The notes under the pieces are model-generated. The model made no database searches. It saw nothing but the letters and a program-made list of their open reading frames with translations, and was not told the DNA's origin. From positions 64,001 to 128,000 of the forward strand of contig DASPSR010000020.1 in assembly GCA_035623825.1 (NCBI GenBank): a DNA stretch of 64,000 bases, written 5' to 3'. Of the stretch, positions 38,665-47,721 are shown one piece after another (within the stretch, counting starts at the first letter, position 1; every line of letters begins with the position of its first letter). This DNA comes from Nitrospirota bacterium. GTDB taxonomy: Bacteria; Nitrospirota; UBA9217. Made by a program: the position numbers and the translations under genes.

Positions 38665-39561
38665 TTACCTGTTCTTTTCCTCTGCCTTGGCAACGATCCA
38701 GTACACGAAGCCGATAACGAGGACGGCCGCGATGAGATAGTAGATGGCCTCCGGCTTTTCGTGTTTAAGGGTGGCGATCATAGTCTCCCGAATCAGAGTC
38801 ACGAGGGCCACACCCACGAACACGCTGGTATGGAACTTACCCCCCTTGAGGTGCGATATCTCGGTGTTCATGAGCTCGGTCATGAGCCAGAGCAGCAGCA
38901 TGGATCCCAGTGCCGAGATGATACCTGACTCCACATCGCCTGTGAGAAGGCGCATAACGTCATGAAGGAAGAGCCATACGACACCGAGTGTAAGGCCGAT
39001 CAGCGCGATCACGAGCATGAGGTTCGTGGTTTGGGAGAAACGCTCGGAAAAACTGATCAGAGCGCTTTTTACCTTGTATACAGGAGCGAATGTCCTGAGC
39101 TCTTCCTCGATATAAGAAGTGGTGATCACATCCAGGCTGATGTCAAGGATCTTGCCGACGGAAATTATCTTGTTGGTTGCCTCCACCTTATCCTCTTCAA
39201 TCTTTTGCAGGATGCCGATGCAGGCATTCTTTACGATGTTGACCGCCCTGTTCATGAAGTGAGGATCAACGTTCTGTTTGACATGGGTGGAGCCGATCCG
39301 AATGAGTTTTTCATAATATCGGTTGTCGTACTTGCCCGAAAAGAGTTCCAGAAACCATGTTCGTTGGGCGCCGAAGACATGCCTTTTCCGCGATTCTTCA
39401 GTAAAGAACTGTGCCGCGCCCTTGGTGCCCATGATCCAGAGACTGAGAGTGCTCATGACCTCGTCGACATGCTCTTCCATGAGCGGTCGCAGGCCAGCCA
39501 GGCGTTTTTCGTCATCTTCCGTGAACCGGTAGTCGTGTTTGATTTCCCTGAAAGATCGCAT
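38665..39561 (-). CDS. Sensor-globin/protoglobin domain fused to PsiE-like membrane domain
   Basis: LFSGKYD..YYEKLIRIGSTH (proximal His), KILDISLD; four C-terminal TM helices. Confidence 0.75.
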   Translation of the reverse strand: MRSFREIKHDYRFTEDDEKRLAGLRPLMEEHVDEVMSTLSLWIMGTKGAAQFFTEESRKRHVFGAQRTWFLELFSGKYDNRYYEKLIRIGSTHVKQNVDPHFMNRAVNIVKNACIGILQKIEEDKVEATNKIISVGKILDISLDVITTSYIEEELRTFAPVYKVKSALISFSERFSQTTNLMLVIALIGLTLGVVWLFLHDVMRLLTGDVESGIISALGSMLLLWLMTELMNTEISHLKGGKFHTSVFVGVALVTLIRETMIATLKHEKPEAIYYLIAAVLVIGFVYWIVAKAEEKNR

Positions 39562-39711
39562 AAAAGGCAATATCCTTACTCTTTAGTATAGCATACTCAC
39601 CGCTGCCGGAGTCGTATCCGCCTTCTCTCCTGCAAAAAAACAATATAAACGGGAGTAAACAGTGAACTATTCCTTAATTACGCCTGTTCTGTCATCCAAT
39701 CAAAAGATTTT

Positions 39712-39891
39712 TCATGCTTTGGTAGACACCAGTTTCCACACCAACTTGCCCGAAGCTACTCGGGTATCCAGCTTTTCCTCCTTCGTCCTCTGCGGCATTT
39801 TCACCAGCGAGTCATAGGTGAGGATGAGAAAAATCACGGCTGATATTGCCGTTCCCCAGATGAAAATTGCCTTGCTTTGAGACAGCGTCAT
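39712..39891 (-). pseudogene. Truncated norC-like remnant
   Basis: MTLSQSKAIFIWG..FLILTYDS..ASGKLVW aligns with the N-terminus of the intact NorC but stops before CxxCH. Confidence 0.7.
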
Positions 39892-39921
39892 GCCATCCTC
39901 CTTTCCCGTCACTGCAATTAT

Positions 39922-42330
39922 TTATTCCCATCCATCCTGTACGATCTTATGCGATTTCCTGTATGGATATTTTTCCACAAGTTTTTTTATCTGGAGCTTC
40001 TGGTCTCCATCGCGCATGGCATGAAGCAAGACGACGGATGCCCAATAGTCGCCGGCGTACTCGGAACCACGGAGCTGGTCAGGGACTCCTTTTTCATTCA
40101 CCCGGTGGCAGGCCGCGCAGGTCACGGGCCCTGCGTATTTCCCGTCGGGACTGAACTGGAGCGCCTGCTCATGGCTCGTGAGGTCGACGGTCCCCTCAGG
40201 TCCTTCATATCGCACCGGGTAAAGACCGTGGATGGACTCATGACAGGACTGGCAGGCAATGGTCCCGTGAGCCTTGGAATAGCGGTAAAGAGAATATTTG
40301 TTAGGCTGGTCAATTGGGAAATAGCCACCCCCTTCGCTCTCTACAAAGGGGGCCAGATGACAATCCGCGCAGTGCGGCTCCCCTGCCGCCAACCACCAGT
40401 CCTTTCCTCCCGAAGCACTGTCATACAACACAGGATCGCCTTCTTTTGAGTTCCAAGGGAGAAGTTTGAGCTTCCCTGAGCTGTCAAATGAAGAGCGCAC
40501 GAGTATTGCTCCGACATGTTCCTCGTAATACGAACGGAGCGGTTCTCCGTCGGCCCCTACGACCGGGTCGGCGAAAGTGCTTCTGAACTTCTTTGCGTTT
40601 CCCAGCGAGACCGTCGTTATGATATCGTTGACCGACTTGTTTCGAAGCGTTTTGCCTGTCTGAGAGGATGCATCTTTGAGATCGTCGTAGCGATACAGCT
40701 CTTGCGAAAGCAGGTTGTGACAGTTGGAGCAGTACAAACCCCTGGGCTTGGATAGGGTATTGCCGTCTTCGTCTTTCATGCTCACCCCCTTCAAATACCA
40801 CTTGCCCAGGGGATTCAGAAAGAAAGGCGGTTTCGCGTCAGGGTTGGTGTGAGCGTCCCTTCTGAGATAGCACCCTCCGCCGGCGGACCTTACATCCTGC
40901 CCTGAAAAGCGCGGGTTCCCCTCCTCATCCACAATCCGGTATGGATTGGCCGAGGGGTCATTCATTTTCTCCTCCTGCCAGTGCATGGGATGGCATGCCT
41001 GGCAGCTTTGCGTCCTTCCCGCCTTATCAGGCATGGGGATAAATGCCGCATGCGCAGCATGGATCGCTTCGCTAAGCGCCCTCGCCTTCACGGCTTTATA
41101 CCCCGTCGCGCCGAGCCTGGGTGTCTTGAGATTTCCCGAGACATTGTCACCGTGACAGTCCGCACAATAGACCGGACCGACGGAGCCAAGCCGGTTATAT
41201 GATACATCTGGGTTGTACTGTTTCAAAAAAGCCGTGCCGAAATATTTATCATGCAGTTCGAGCACATTGATCATCGCCTGTGACTGCCTTGCCACGAACT
41301 CGGTGATATCAGGATAGTTCTTTTTCCAGTAGGCATACTCCTTGTCGAAAAGGGACAAACCCGCCTCCCTCGCCAGTTTAGCTGCCTTGCCTTGGCCCGA
41401 GTGGCAAAGGTAGCAATTCGGCAGATCTACGGGATTTGTGCCGAAAAACTGAATCGGTTTCCCTTCCGCCGTTACGGGCTTGCCGTCTTTGTCATGCAGC
41501 TGGACTACGGAGACCTGGTAGGGTTGAAAGTCTCTTTCCGTGATAGTACGAATAGTGCCCTTCCGACTGCTGTCGTTGAATGCGGTCAGGGGCAGCCCGA
41601 GCGCGTCCCACAAGAACGATGCGGTGAGCGTCAAAGGCACGTTTTTGACTTCCGGCAGCAGAGAATCGGTAAAGACTTTGTTGCCGCCAGTGCTCCCCGC
41701 ATAGGAGAGGTAGCCGCCTGCAATGTTCTTCCCCGTGGGGCCGGAATCAACGGGAACTTGAATCTCCAGCCCCACACGCAACCTCTTCATTTTGTGCCTG
41801 TCCTGCGGGATGGTGCCTTCGAGATCCTGATAGATGAAAAGGTGCGTCCATACGTAATTCGCCATGTCATCTCCCGGTTCATCCATCCTGCCGCTGTTGA
41901 CTACATCCTTAGGCACTTGCCAGTATCGCATCTTGTTTCCCTCGCTGTAGCTGTTGTCTTTTATAAAGTATGCGAGCGATAACCCGTCGTCCGGCGATAG
42001 CAGATGAGGGAGCGCGCCGTCGGCACTGGTCCTGACGGCCTGGGCCTGAATGCTGTTGTATGGCGGGATGACGCAACAATAGGAGATGTCGAACCCCACA
42101 CAGTGCATTCCCAGCTCATAATTGATGAATATGGCGTAGGGATCCCTGGGGTCATAGAGGTTCACGGTCTTCCCCGATCTGTCCTTAACCGAGACTGGCT
42201 TCAGCAGATCTGTTTTGAAGGGCGGGGTGGGATCATAAGGTGGCTGGGGCGCTGCAATAAGAGTGAGCTGGGTAAAAGCAATGATCATCGCCAGGGATAG
42301 GCTGATCCCGATCAGCCGAAGGGCTTTCAT
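39922..42330 (-). CDS. Large exported multiheme cytochrome c (7 CxxCH)
   Basis: Signal peptide; CYLCH, CADCH, CQACH, CSNCH, CADCH, CQSCH, CAACH; N-terminal ELGMHC...CCVIPPYN. Confidence 0.85.
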   Translation of the reverse strand: MKALRLIGISLSLAMIIAFTQLTLIAAPQPPYDPTPPFKTDLLKPVSVKDRSGKTVNLYDPRDPYAIFINYELGMHCVGFDISYCCVIPPYNSIQAQAVRTSADGALPHLLSPDDGLSLAYFIKDNSYSEGNKMRYWQVPKDVVNSGRMDEPGDDMANYVWTHLFIYQDLEGTIPQDRHKMKRLRVGLEIQVPVDSGPTGKNIAGGYLSYAGSTGGNKVFTDSLLPEVKNVPLTLTASFLWDALGLPLTAFNDSSRKGTIRTITERDFQPYQVSVVQLHDKDGKPVTAEGKPIQFFGTNPVDLPNCYLCHSGQGKAAKLAREAGLSLFDKEYAYWKKNYPDITEFVARQSQAMINVLELHDKYFGTAFLKQYNPDVSYNRLGSVGPVYCADCHGDNVSGNLKTPRLGATGYKAVKARALSEAIHAAHAAFIPMPDKAGRTQSCQACHPMHWQEEKMNDPSANPYRIVDEEGNPRFSGQDVRSAGGGCYLRRDAHTNPDAKPPFFLNPLGKWYLKGVSMKDEDGNTLSKPRGLYCSNCHNLLSQELYRYDDLKDASSQTGKTLRNKSVNDIITTVSLGNAKKFRSTFADPVVGADGEPLRSYYEEHVGAILVRSSFDSSGKLKLLPWNSKEGDPVLYDSASGGKDWWLAAGEPHCADCHLAPFVESEGGGYFPIDQPNKYSLYRYSKAHGTIACQSCHESIHGLYPVRYEGPEGTVDLTSHEQALQFSPDGKYAGPVTCAACHRVNEKGVPDQLRGSEYAGDYWASVVLLHAMRDGDQKLQIKKLVEKYPYRKSHKIVQDGWE

Positions 42331-42342
42331 AACGCCACCTCC

Positions 42343-42690
42343 TTATTTGCGCCGTTCAATCATTTCCTTGAGCGCAACAGCGTTGTTGTGCTCCGTATCC
42401 TTCGCCGAGAAGAGGAGCGTCACTGTCCCGCTGCTCGCTTCCTTTCGGAGCCGTTCGAGGATGTCCTTCCTGTCCGCGAGCTCTTTTCTGAACTTTTCCC
42501 GGAACGCAGGCCATTTGGCCGGATCGTGGGCAAACCATTTCCGAAGCGCATCGCTCGGCGCGATGTCCTTGAGCCATTCGTCGATCCTGGCTTCGACCTT
42601 TTTGATCCCCCGTGGCCAGAGCCTGTCAACGAGAATCCGCTTGCCGTCGCTCCGTGACGGCGGATCGTATATCCGCTTGATCATTATCAT
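42343..42690 (-). CDS. DUF488 (YeaO-like) protein
   Basis: IKRIYD..DGKRILVDRLWPRG..APSDALRKWFAH..HNNA. Confidence 0.88.
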   Translation of the reverse strand: MIMIKRIYDPPSRSDGKRILVDRLWPRGIKKVEARIDEWLKDIAPSDALRKWFAHDPAKWPAFREKFRKELADRKDILERLRKEASSGTVTLLFSAKDTEHNNAVALKEMIERRK

Positions 42691-42699
42691 GCCCGAAGG

Positions 42700-42870
42700 T
42701 CATCTCGTCACTAAGATCTTCTCGAATTGATCTTTTGATGCCGCGCAGACAGGACAGGCCCAGGTATCGGGAATCTTCTCGAACGGCGTTCCCGGAGCAA
42801 TGCCTCCGTCCGGATCACCGATCGCGGGATCATAGACCCAGTCGCAGACCGTACATCTCCATTTGTCCAT
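42700..42870 (-). CDS. Rubredoxin
   Basis: CTVC..YDP..GDP..PGTPFE..WACPVC; GGAGG RBS. Confidence 0.95.
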   Translation of the reverse strand: MDKWRCTVCDWVYDPAIGDPDGGIAPGTPFEKIPDTWACPVCAASKDQFEKILVTR

Positions 42871-43490
42871 CCAGCCACCTCCCGAAGGGAATTTTAGCGA
42901 CAATCATCAGAGTCAGGAAAAACGGCATGAGTAATCACGGAAAAGACAACCGGAAAACCAATAAGGACTTGAATTTTATGCTAAATGTGTATACGAAGTT
43001 TATTAGACCCTGTTTGCCATTCCGAGCCTTTACGAAAAAAATGCTGTCAAAGAATGACAAAAATATAGCACATTCTTAGGATGTGTGCTTCATAATCATG
43101 TAATACTTTTATTGGAGCCGCTTTGAGCCGGAGCAAGCAGATCGTGACCTCCATTGTCCCGATAAGACAGCCGAGGTTATTGGGAACAAGATATGTCAGT
43201 GCGGTACCCTGCGGGAAAACCTCAAAATGCTAGCAACGAATTGCAGGAAGGAATTAATAACAGGAACGTAATAAATTACCGTGCCCCAATCGCCGATGCT
43301 GCCGCGAAGACTGCACGGAGTAAAACCGCATGGCTTCATCATTCACTACAATCTTCTTGAAATGACGAATGAATCCTGTTAAAGTTGACTAAATAACCGA
43401 ACCATTTACCGCACTATGACATCCCGCTTATAATGTTCTCTTGGTTGTTTAATGACTTATGAGAAATGACAAATCAAGGAGAATCCCATC

Positions 43491-44420
43491 ATGCACAACA
43501 GAGAACAGATTCAGCAGAGGCTTGATGAACTTATACGAGAATACGGCAGCTGGGCCAATGACATCCCTCTCCTTTTTGACGTCTGGACCAGGGGAAATCT
43601 GCGAATACCGCATACAAGACTCAAGCGAATAGTCCAAGCTGTGAGCGATCTATCCAAGAAGCCGATTTCTGAATGCCGCATCCTCGATTTGGGATGTCTG
43701 GATGGGATGTTCTCCATTGAATTCGCATTACAGGGGGCTGACACGATTGGTGTGGAGATAAGAGAAGCTAACATTAAGAAAGCCCTGTTCTGCAAAGAAG
43801 TTCTGAATCTGCAAAATCTGGATTTTCGCCGGGACGATGTCAGAAACATATCCGTCGAGTCGTATGGTAGATTTGACGCCATTATATGCAGTGGCATCCT
43901 CTATCACTTACCTTCCGTTGACGCGATCAACCTTATCAGGACTATGCATGAGATGTCGCATAGACTCGTCGTGATCGACACTCATGTGGCTCTTGAGCCG
44001 ATAGGGAGAGTTCTTAACAACGGCGACGAATATTGGGGCGATATATACCGCGAGCACCCCGATGACTCAACTCCGGAGGAGAAAGCGAAGAGGCCGTGGG
44101 CCTCGGCAGATAATCCGCTTAGCTTCTGGTTCACCAGGCCTTCCTTGGTCAACATCCTCAGCAAAGCCGGGTTCTCCTCCGTATATGAGTGCTTTACCCC
44201 TGCACACTTGAATTATGGAAAACCCGGACTCGAACATCAGAATCGATGCACTTTCATTGCGCTCAAGGACGACATCAGTGAGCTCAAAACGTCGCCCGAG
44301 GCCAATGGTCTTCAGGAAAGATGGCCCGAAGGAAGCCTTAGTTACGCTCCTAAATCAAAAACCCGGATCAGGCGCTTGTACAAAAGAGTGTTACTGAAAC
44401 TCAAGGGAATGAGAGCCTGA
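43491..44420 (+). CDS. Class I SAM methyltransferase (CmoB/DUF1698-like)
   Basis: ILDLGCLDG, GVEIR and FDAIICSGILYHL. Confidence 0.8.
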   Translation: MHNREQIQQRLDELIREYGSWANDIPLLFDVWTRGNLRIPHTRLKRIVQAVSDLSKKPISECRILDLGCLDGMFSIEFALQGADTIGVEIREANIKKALFCKEVLNLQNLDFRRDDVRNISVESYGRFDAIICSGILYHLPSVDAINLIRTMHEMSHRLVVIDTHVALEPIGRVLNNGDEYWGDIYREHPDDSTPEEKAKRPWASADNPLSFWFTRPSLVNILSKAGFSSVYECFTPAHLNYGKPGLEHQNRCTFIALKDDISELKTSPEANGLQERWPEGSLSYAPKSKTRIRRLYKRVLLKLKGMRA

Positions 44421-44592
44421 CTATCGCGTGTTCACTCGATATAGGAAATAACCTCCCGCTCTCCTCGGCGGTCCATTTGGTAGGCTGAGCGAGACCCTAA
44501 GGGTCCGCGCAAAAACAGCGACGCACCTGAGAGGATCGAACGGCTATCAAGACGACGCATGCGCCCACCGACCCCACAGGGTGCTGCGTCCC

Positions 44593-46023
44593 CTAGCCCT
44601 TCACGCATGCGATCGGCCTGACCCGCGCCACTTTTCTCGCAAGGTTCGCAGAGTGCGCGGCGTCCACCACCTCGGTCACGTTCTTGTACGACTCCGGTGC
44701 TTCCTCGGCTATGCCGGAGTAGGAATGACCTCTCACCACGATCCCCTGTTCGGCGAGGGCCTTTATGACATCCCTGCCTTGCCAGCGCTTCTTGGCCTGA
44801 GTGCGCGACATGGCCCTGCCTGCTCCATGGCACGCAGACCCGAAGGCCTCCTTCATCCCTTCCTCGGTCCCGACGAGGATGTATGACGAGGTCCCCATAG
44901 TGCCGCCGATGAGCACAGGCTGCCCGACATGCCGGTATTCAACGGGAAGGTCAATCTGCCCGGGTCCGAATGCCCTTGTCGCGCCTTTGCGATGCACATA
45001 CAGTCTCTTCTTCTTGCCGTTCACGAAATGTGTCTCTACCTTGCAGGTATTATGGCTGATGTCGTAGAGCATCTTGACCCGCCCTTCGGGATAGACCTCA
45101 GTGAATATCTCTCGCACCAGATGCGTGATGATCTGCCTGTTGGCCAGGGCGCAGTTTATGCCCGCGGACATGGCGCCGAAATACTTCTTCCCTTCCGGCG
45201 AGTTGATCGGCGCGCATGCCAGCTCCCGGTCCTTGATGGTGATGTTGTATTTCTGGAGGGTAAAGGCGAGGCTCGTTAAATAATCGGTCCCGATCTGATG
45301 TCCAAGACCCCGTGAACCGCAATGCACGGAGATCACCACATCGTCTTTCTTGAGGCCCATTGCCTGTGCGGCCCTCTCATCGTATACATCGGCCACAACT
45401 TGCACCTCAAGGTAGTGGTTTCCAGAGCCGAGTGTCCCCATCTCTCGGTACTGGCGTTTTTTCGCCGTATCCGAAACATAGTCCGGCTCCGCACCGTCTA
45501 TCCTGCCGTGTTCCTCGATGTAGTCCAGGTCATCCTTGACGCCATAGCCCTTCCGAATGGCCCACTCTGCGCCACCAAGCAGCATCTCGTCGATCTGTCC
45601 GGGCGTGAGTTTGATCAGCCCCTCTGAGCCCAGACCGGCCGGCACGCGACGGAAGAGTTCGTCGACAAGCGTCTTGATCCGGGGGATAACCTCCTCCCGC
45701 GTCATCCCGGTCTTCATGGTCCTCACACCGCAGGAGATATCGAAGCCGACGCCGCCCATGGAGATGATGCCCCCCTCGTCCGGATCGAACGCCGCCACCC
45801 CTCCGATGGGGAAACCGTATCCCCAGTGGGCATCAGGCATGGCGATCGATGCGGCCTGGATACCCGGCAGCGCTGCGACGTTCGTGACCTGCTCACGCAC
45901 CTTCTCGTCCATCTCCTGGATCAGCTTTTCGCTCGCGAATATTCTGCCTGGAACGCGCATCTCGCCCTGCCTTGGAATCTCCCAGAGGTGGTCGCTGATC
46001 TTAGATAATGTTTTGAGGTCCAT
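44593..46023 (-). CDS. rtcB: RtcB RNA ligase
   Basis: MPDAHWGYGFPIG, GFDISCG, GSGNHYLE, HCGSRG, SHN, HRKGAT and HGAGR. Confidence 0.95.
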   Translation of the reverse strand: MDLKTLSKISDHLWEIPRQGEMRVPGRIFASEKLIQEMDEKVREQVTNVAALPGIQAASIAMPDAHWGYGFPIGGVAAFDPDEGGIISMGGVGFDISCGVRTMKTGMTREEVIPRIKTLVDELFRRVPAGLGSEGLIKLTPGQIDEMLLGGAEWAIRKGYGVKDDLDYIEEHGRIDGAEPDYVSDTAKKRQYREMGTLGSGNHYLEVQVVADVYDERAAQAMGLKKDDVVISVHCGSRGLGHQIGTDYLTSLAFTLQKYNITIKDRELACAPINSPEGKKYFGAMSAGINCALANRQIITHLVREIFTEVYPEGRVKMLYDISHNTCKVETHFVNGKKKRLYVHRKGATRAFGPGQIDLPVEYRHVGQPVLIGGTMGTSSYILVGTEEGMKEAFGSACHGAGRAMSRTQAKKRWQGRDVIKALAEQGIVVRGHSYSGIAEEAPESYKNVTEVVDAAHSANLARKVARVRPIACVKG

Positions 46024-46104
46024 GGTATTCCCTCTGCCGCTCACGGAAGCTTAAGACTGCGGCTGCTTCCTGATTGCCGGCCCCTACGCTCCAGTTCCTC
46101 TCTT

Positions 46105-46518
46105 TTAGACATCCACGACGCACTGCGCCGTGTATGCGCCGTTCTCCTCCTTGACGCTCAGCAAATAATACGTTGCGCCCTTAACTTCCACGCGGGGTTC
46201 GTGACGGTCCCGGTCCAGCGTCTCCCCCCATGCTGCTCCGGTAAGCATCGTGCCTTCTATATTCACGTCGAACTTTGAGAAAATCAGGCGTTCTATATCG
46301 GAGGTGGCAAGCAAGGCGTTCAACCATTCCACAAGCAGCAGCTCCCGGTCCGCGGCCGAGACCGAGAAGGTTCTCTTCTCCCGCGGATATACCGCGTCGA
46401 TATTCACCATCACGGAATACATCGCAACTGCCGCGTTCTCGAAGGCCTCCTCCATGCTGTTGCCGAACCCGCGTATGCCAATGTCCGCCTCGTGTTCAAA
46501 GGTCTCGAATTGAACCAT
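46105..46518 (-). CDS. Archease
   Basis: EHEADIG, LLVEWLN..L, EVKGATY and VDV C-terminus. Confidence 0.93.
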   Translation of the reverse strand: MVQFETFEHEADIGIRGFGNSMEEAFENAAVAMYSVMVNIDAVYPREKRTFSVSAADRELLLVEWLNALLATSDIERLIFSKFDVNIEGTMLTGAAWGETLDRDRHEPRVEVKGATYYLLSVKEENGAYTAQCVVDV

Positions 46519-46530
46519 CAAAAGGCCTTT

Positions 46531-46571
46531 TCATGCATATTCATGCATATTATTGCATATTTTATGCACAT
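46531..46571. repeat. Four imperfect ~10-bp tandem repeats
   Basis: TCATGCATAT TCATGCATAT TATTGCATAT TTTATGCACAT. Confidence 0.7.
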
Positions 46572-46613
46572 TCTGAAGTCTCAATCTTCTCATGCCCGTC
46601 TGGCCTCCGTACC

Positions 46614-47624
46614 CTATCCCCACGACCCATCAACGGCCATTCCGCAGTAAGGACATTTGCCGTCTTTTATGTTGTTCTCATCAACGGAGAATCCGACCCG
46701 CTTGACCAGACTCTTTTTGCAATTCCAGCAGAACGTTTCCTCGCCCTCACCAGGGATATTCCCCTCATACACATAGCGGAGCCCGGCTTCGAGACCGATC
46801 TGCCTTGCCCGTTTCAGAGTTTCAAGCGGCGTCCGGGGCCGGTCTGTCAGGTTGTAGGTAGGATGGAACCTGGTCACATGCCAGGGGATGTCCTCACCCA
46901 CAGATCTCACGAACTGTGCAATGCCTTTGAGCTCACCTTCGGAATCGTTGTGTCCCGGGATCACAAGCGTAGTGATCTCGATCCAGATGCCGAATTCCTT
47001 ATAGAGCCTGATTGCGTCCAGGACCGGCTGGAGCCGGGCACCGCAAATCTTCTTGTAAAATTCGTCCGTAAATCCCTTGAGGTCGATATTTGCCGCATGG
47101 AGATAGGGGCGAATCACCTTGAGCGCCTCGGGCGTTATGTACCCGTTCGTGACAAACACGTTCTTAAGCCCCGCCTCGGCTGCCAGGCGCGCCGCATCGT
47201 AAGCAAGCTCGAAATAGATCGTGGGTTCGGTATAAGTGTATGAAATGCTCGCACAACGGTACTTGAGAGCTGCGGCAACAATGGCGGACGGCGGTACTTC
47301 CTCGCCGAGGACGGCACCGCCATGGTCCCGGGGGAGCTGTGAGATATCCGCATTCTGGCAATGTCTGCATCGGAAGTTGCAGCCTGGCGTTGCAACGGAA
47401 TAGGACAGGCTGCCGGGATGGAAGTGAAAGAGCGGCTTCTTCTCGATAGGGTCTATGTTGCGGGCGATCACCTTGTCGTACACGAGGCTGTAGAGGACGC
47501 CGTCGCGGTTTTCCCGCACGGCGCAGATGCCACGCTTCCCCGGAGAGATGAGGCAGCGGTGGCTGCAGAGGCTGCACTGCACCTTTTTCTCTTCTCGCAC
47601 CTCCTGGAACATTGCTTGCTTCAT
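46614..47624 (-). CDS. AmmeMemoRadiSam system radical SAM enzyme
   Basis: CSLCSHRC..GICAVR, DPIEKKPLFHF, GCNFRCRHCQN and YTYTEP. Confidence 0.92.
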   Translation of the reverse strand: MKQAMFQEVREEKKVQCSLCSHRCLISPGKRGICAVRENRDGVLYSLVYDKVIARNIDPIEKKPLFHFHPGSLSYSVATPGCNFRCRHCQNADISQLPRDHGGAVLGEEVPPSAIVAAALKYRCASISYTYTEPTIYFELAYDAARLAAEAGLKNVFVTNGYITPEALKVIRPYLHAANIDLKGFTDEFYKKICGARLQPVLDAIRLYKEFGIWIEITTLVIPGHNDSEGELKGIAQFVRSVGEDIPWHVTRFHPTYNLTDRPRTPLETLKRARQIGLEAGLRYVYEGNIPGEGEETFCWNCKKSLVKRVGFSVDENNIKDGKCPYCGMAVDGSWG

Positions 47625-47721
47625 CGATTCGATTCCTTGCATGAGAAAAGACGAGCAGGGGTCAAGGTCCCTTCAATCGATCTCGATATCCCTTAAGGAA
47701 TATGCTTGAGCAGATACGGCT

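Noticed and set aside
44421-44592. Possible tRNA-like or Y-RNA-like element downstream of rtcB (GTTCGATCC and a GACGCA/TGCGTC stem on the minus strand)
   Set aside because: The T-stem does not pair and no cloverleaf forms; an Infernal search would be needed.
46531-46600. Sigma54 promoter for archease-rtcB
   Set aside because: TGCA elements are present but there is no correctly spaced -24 GG.
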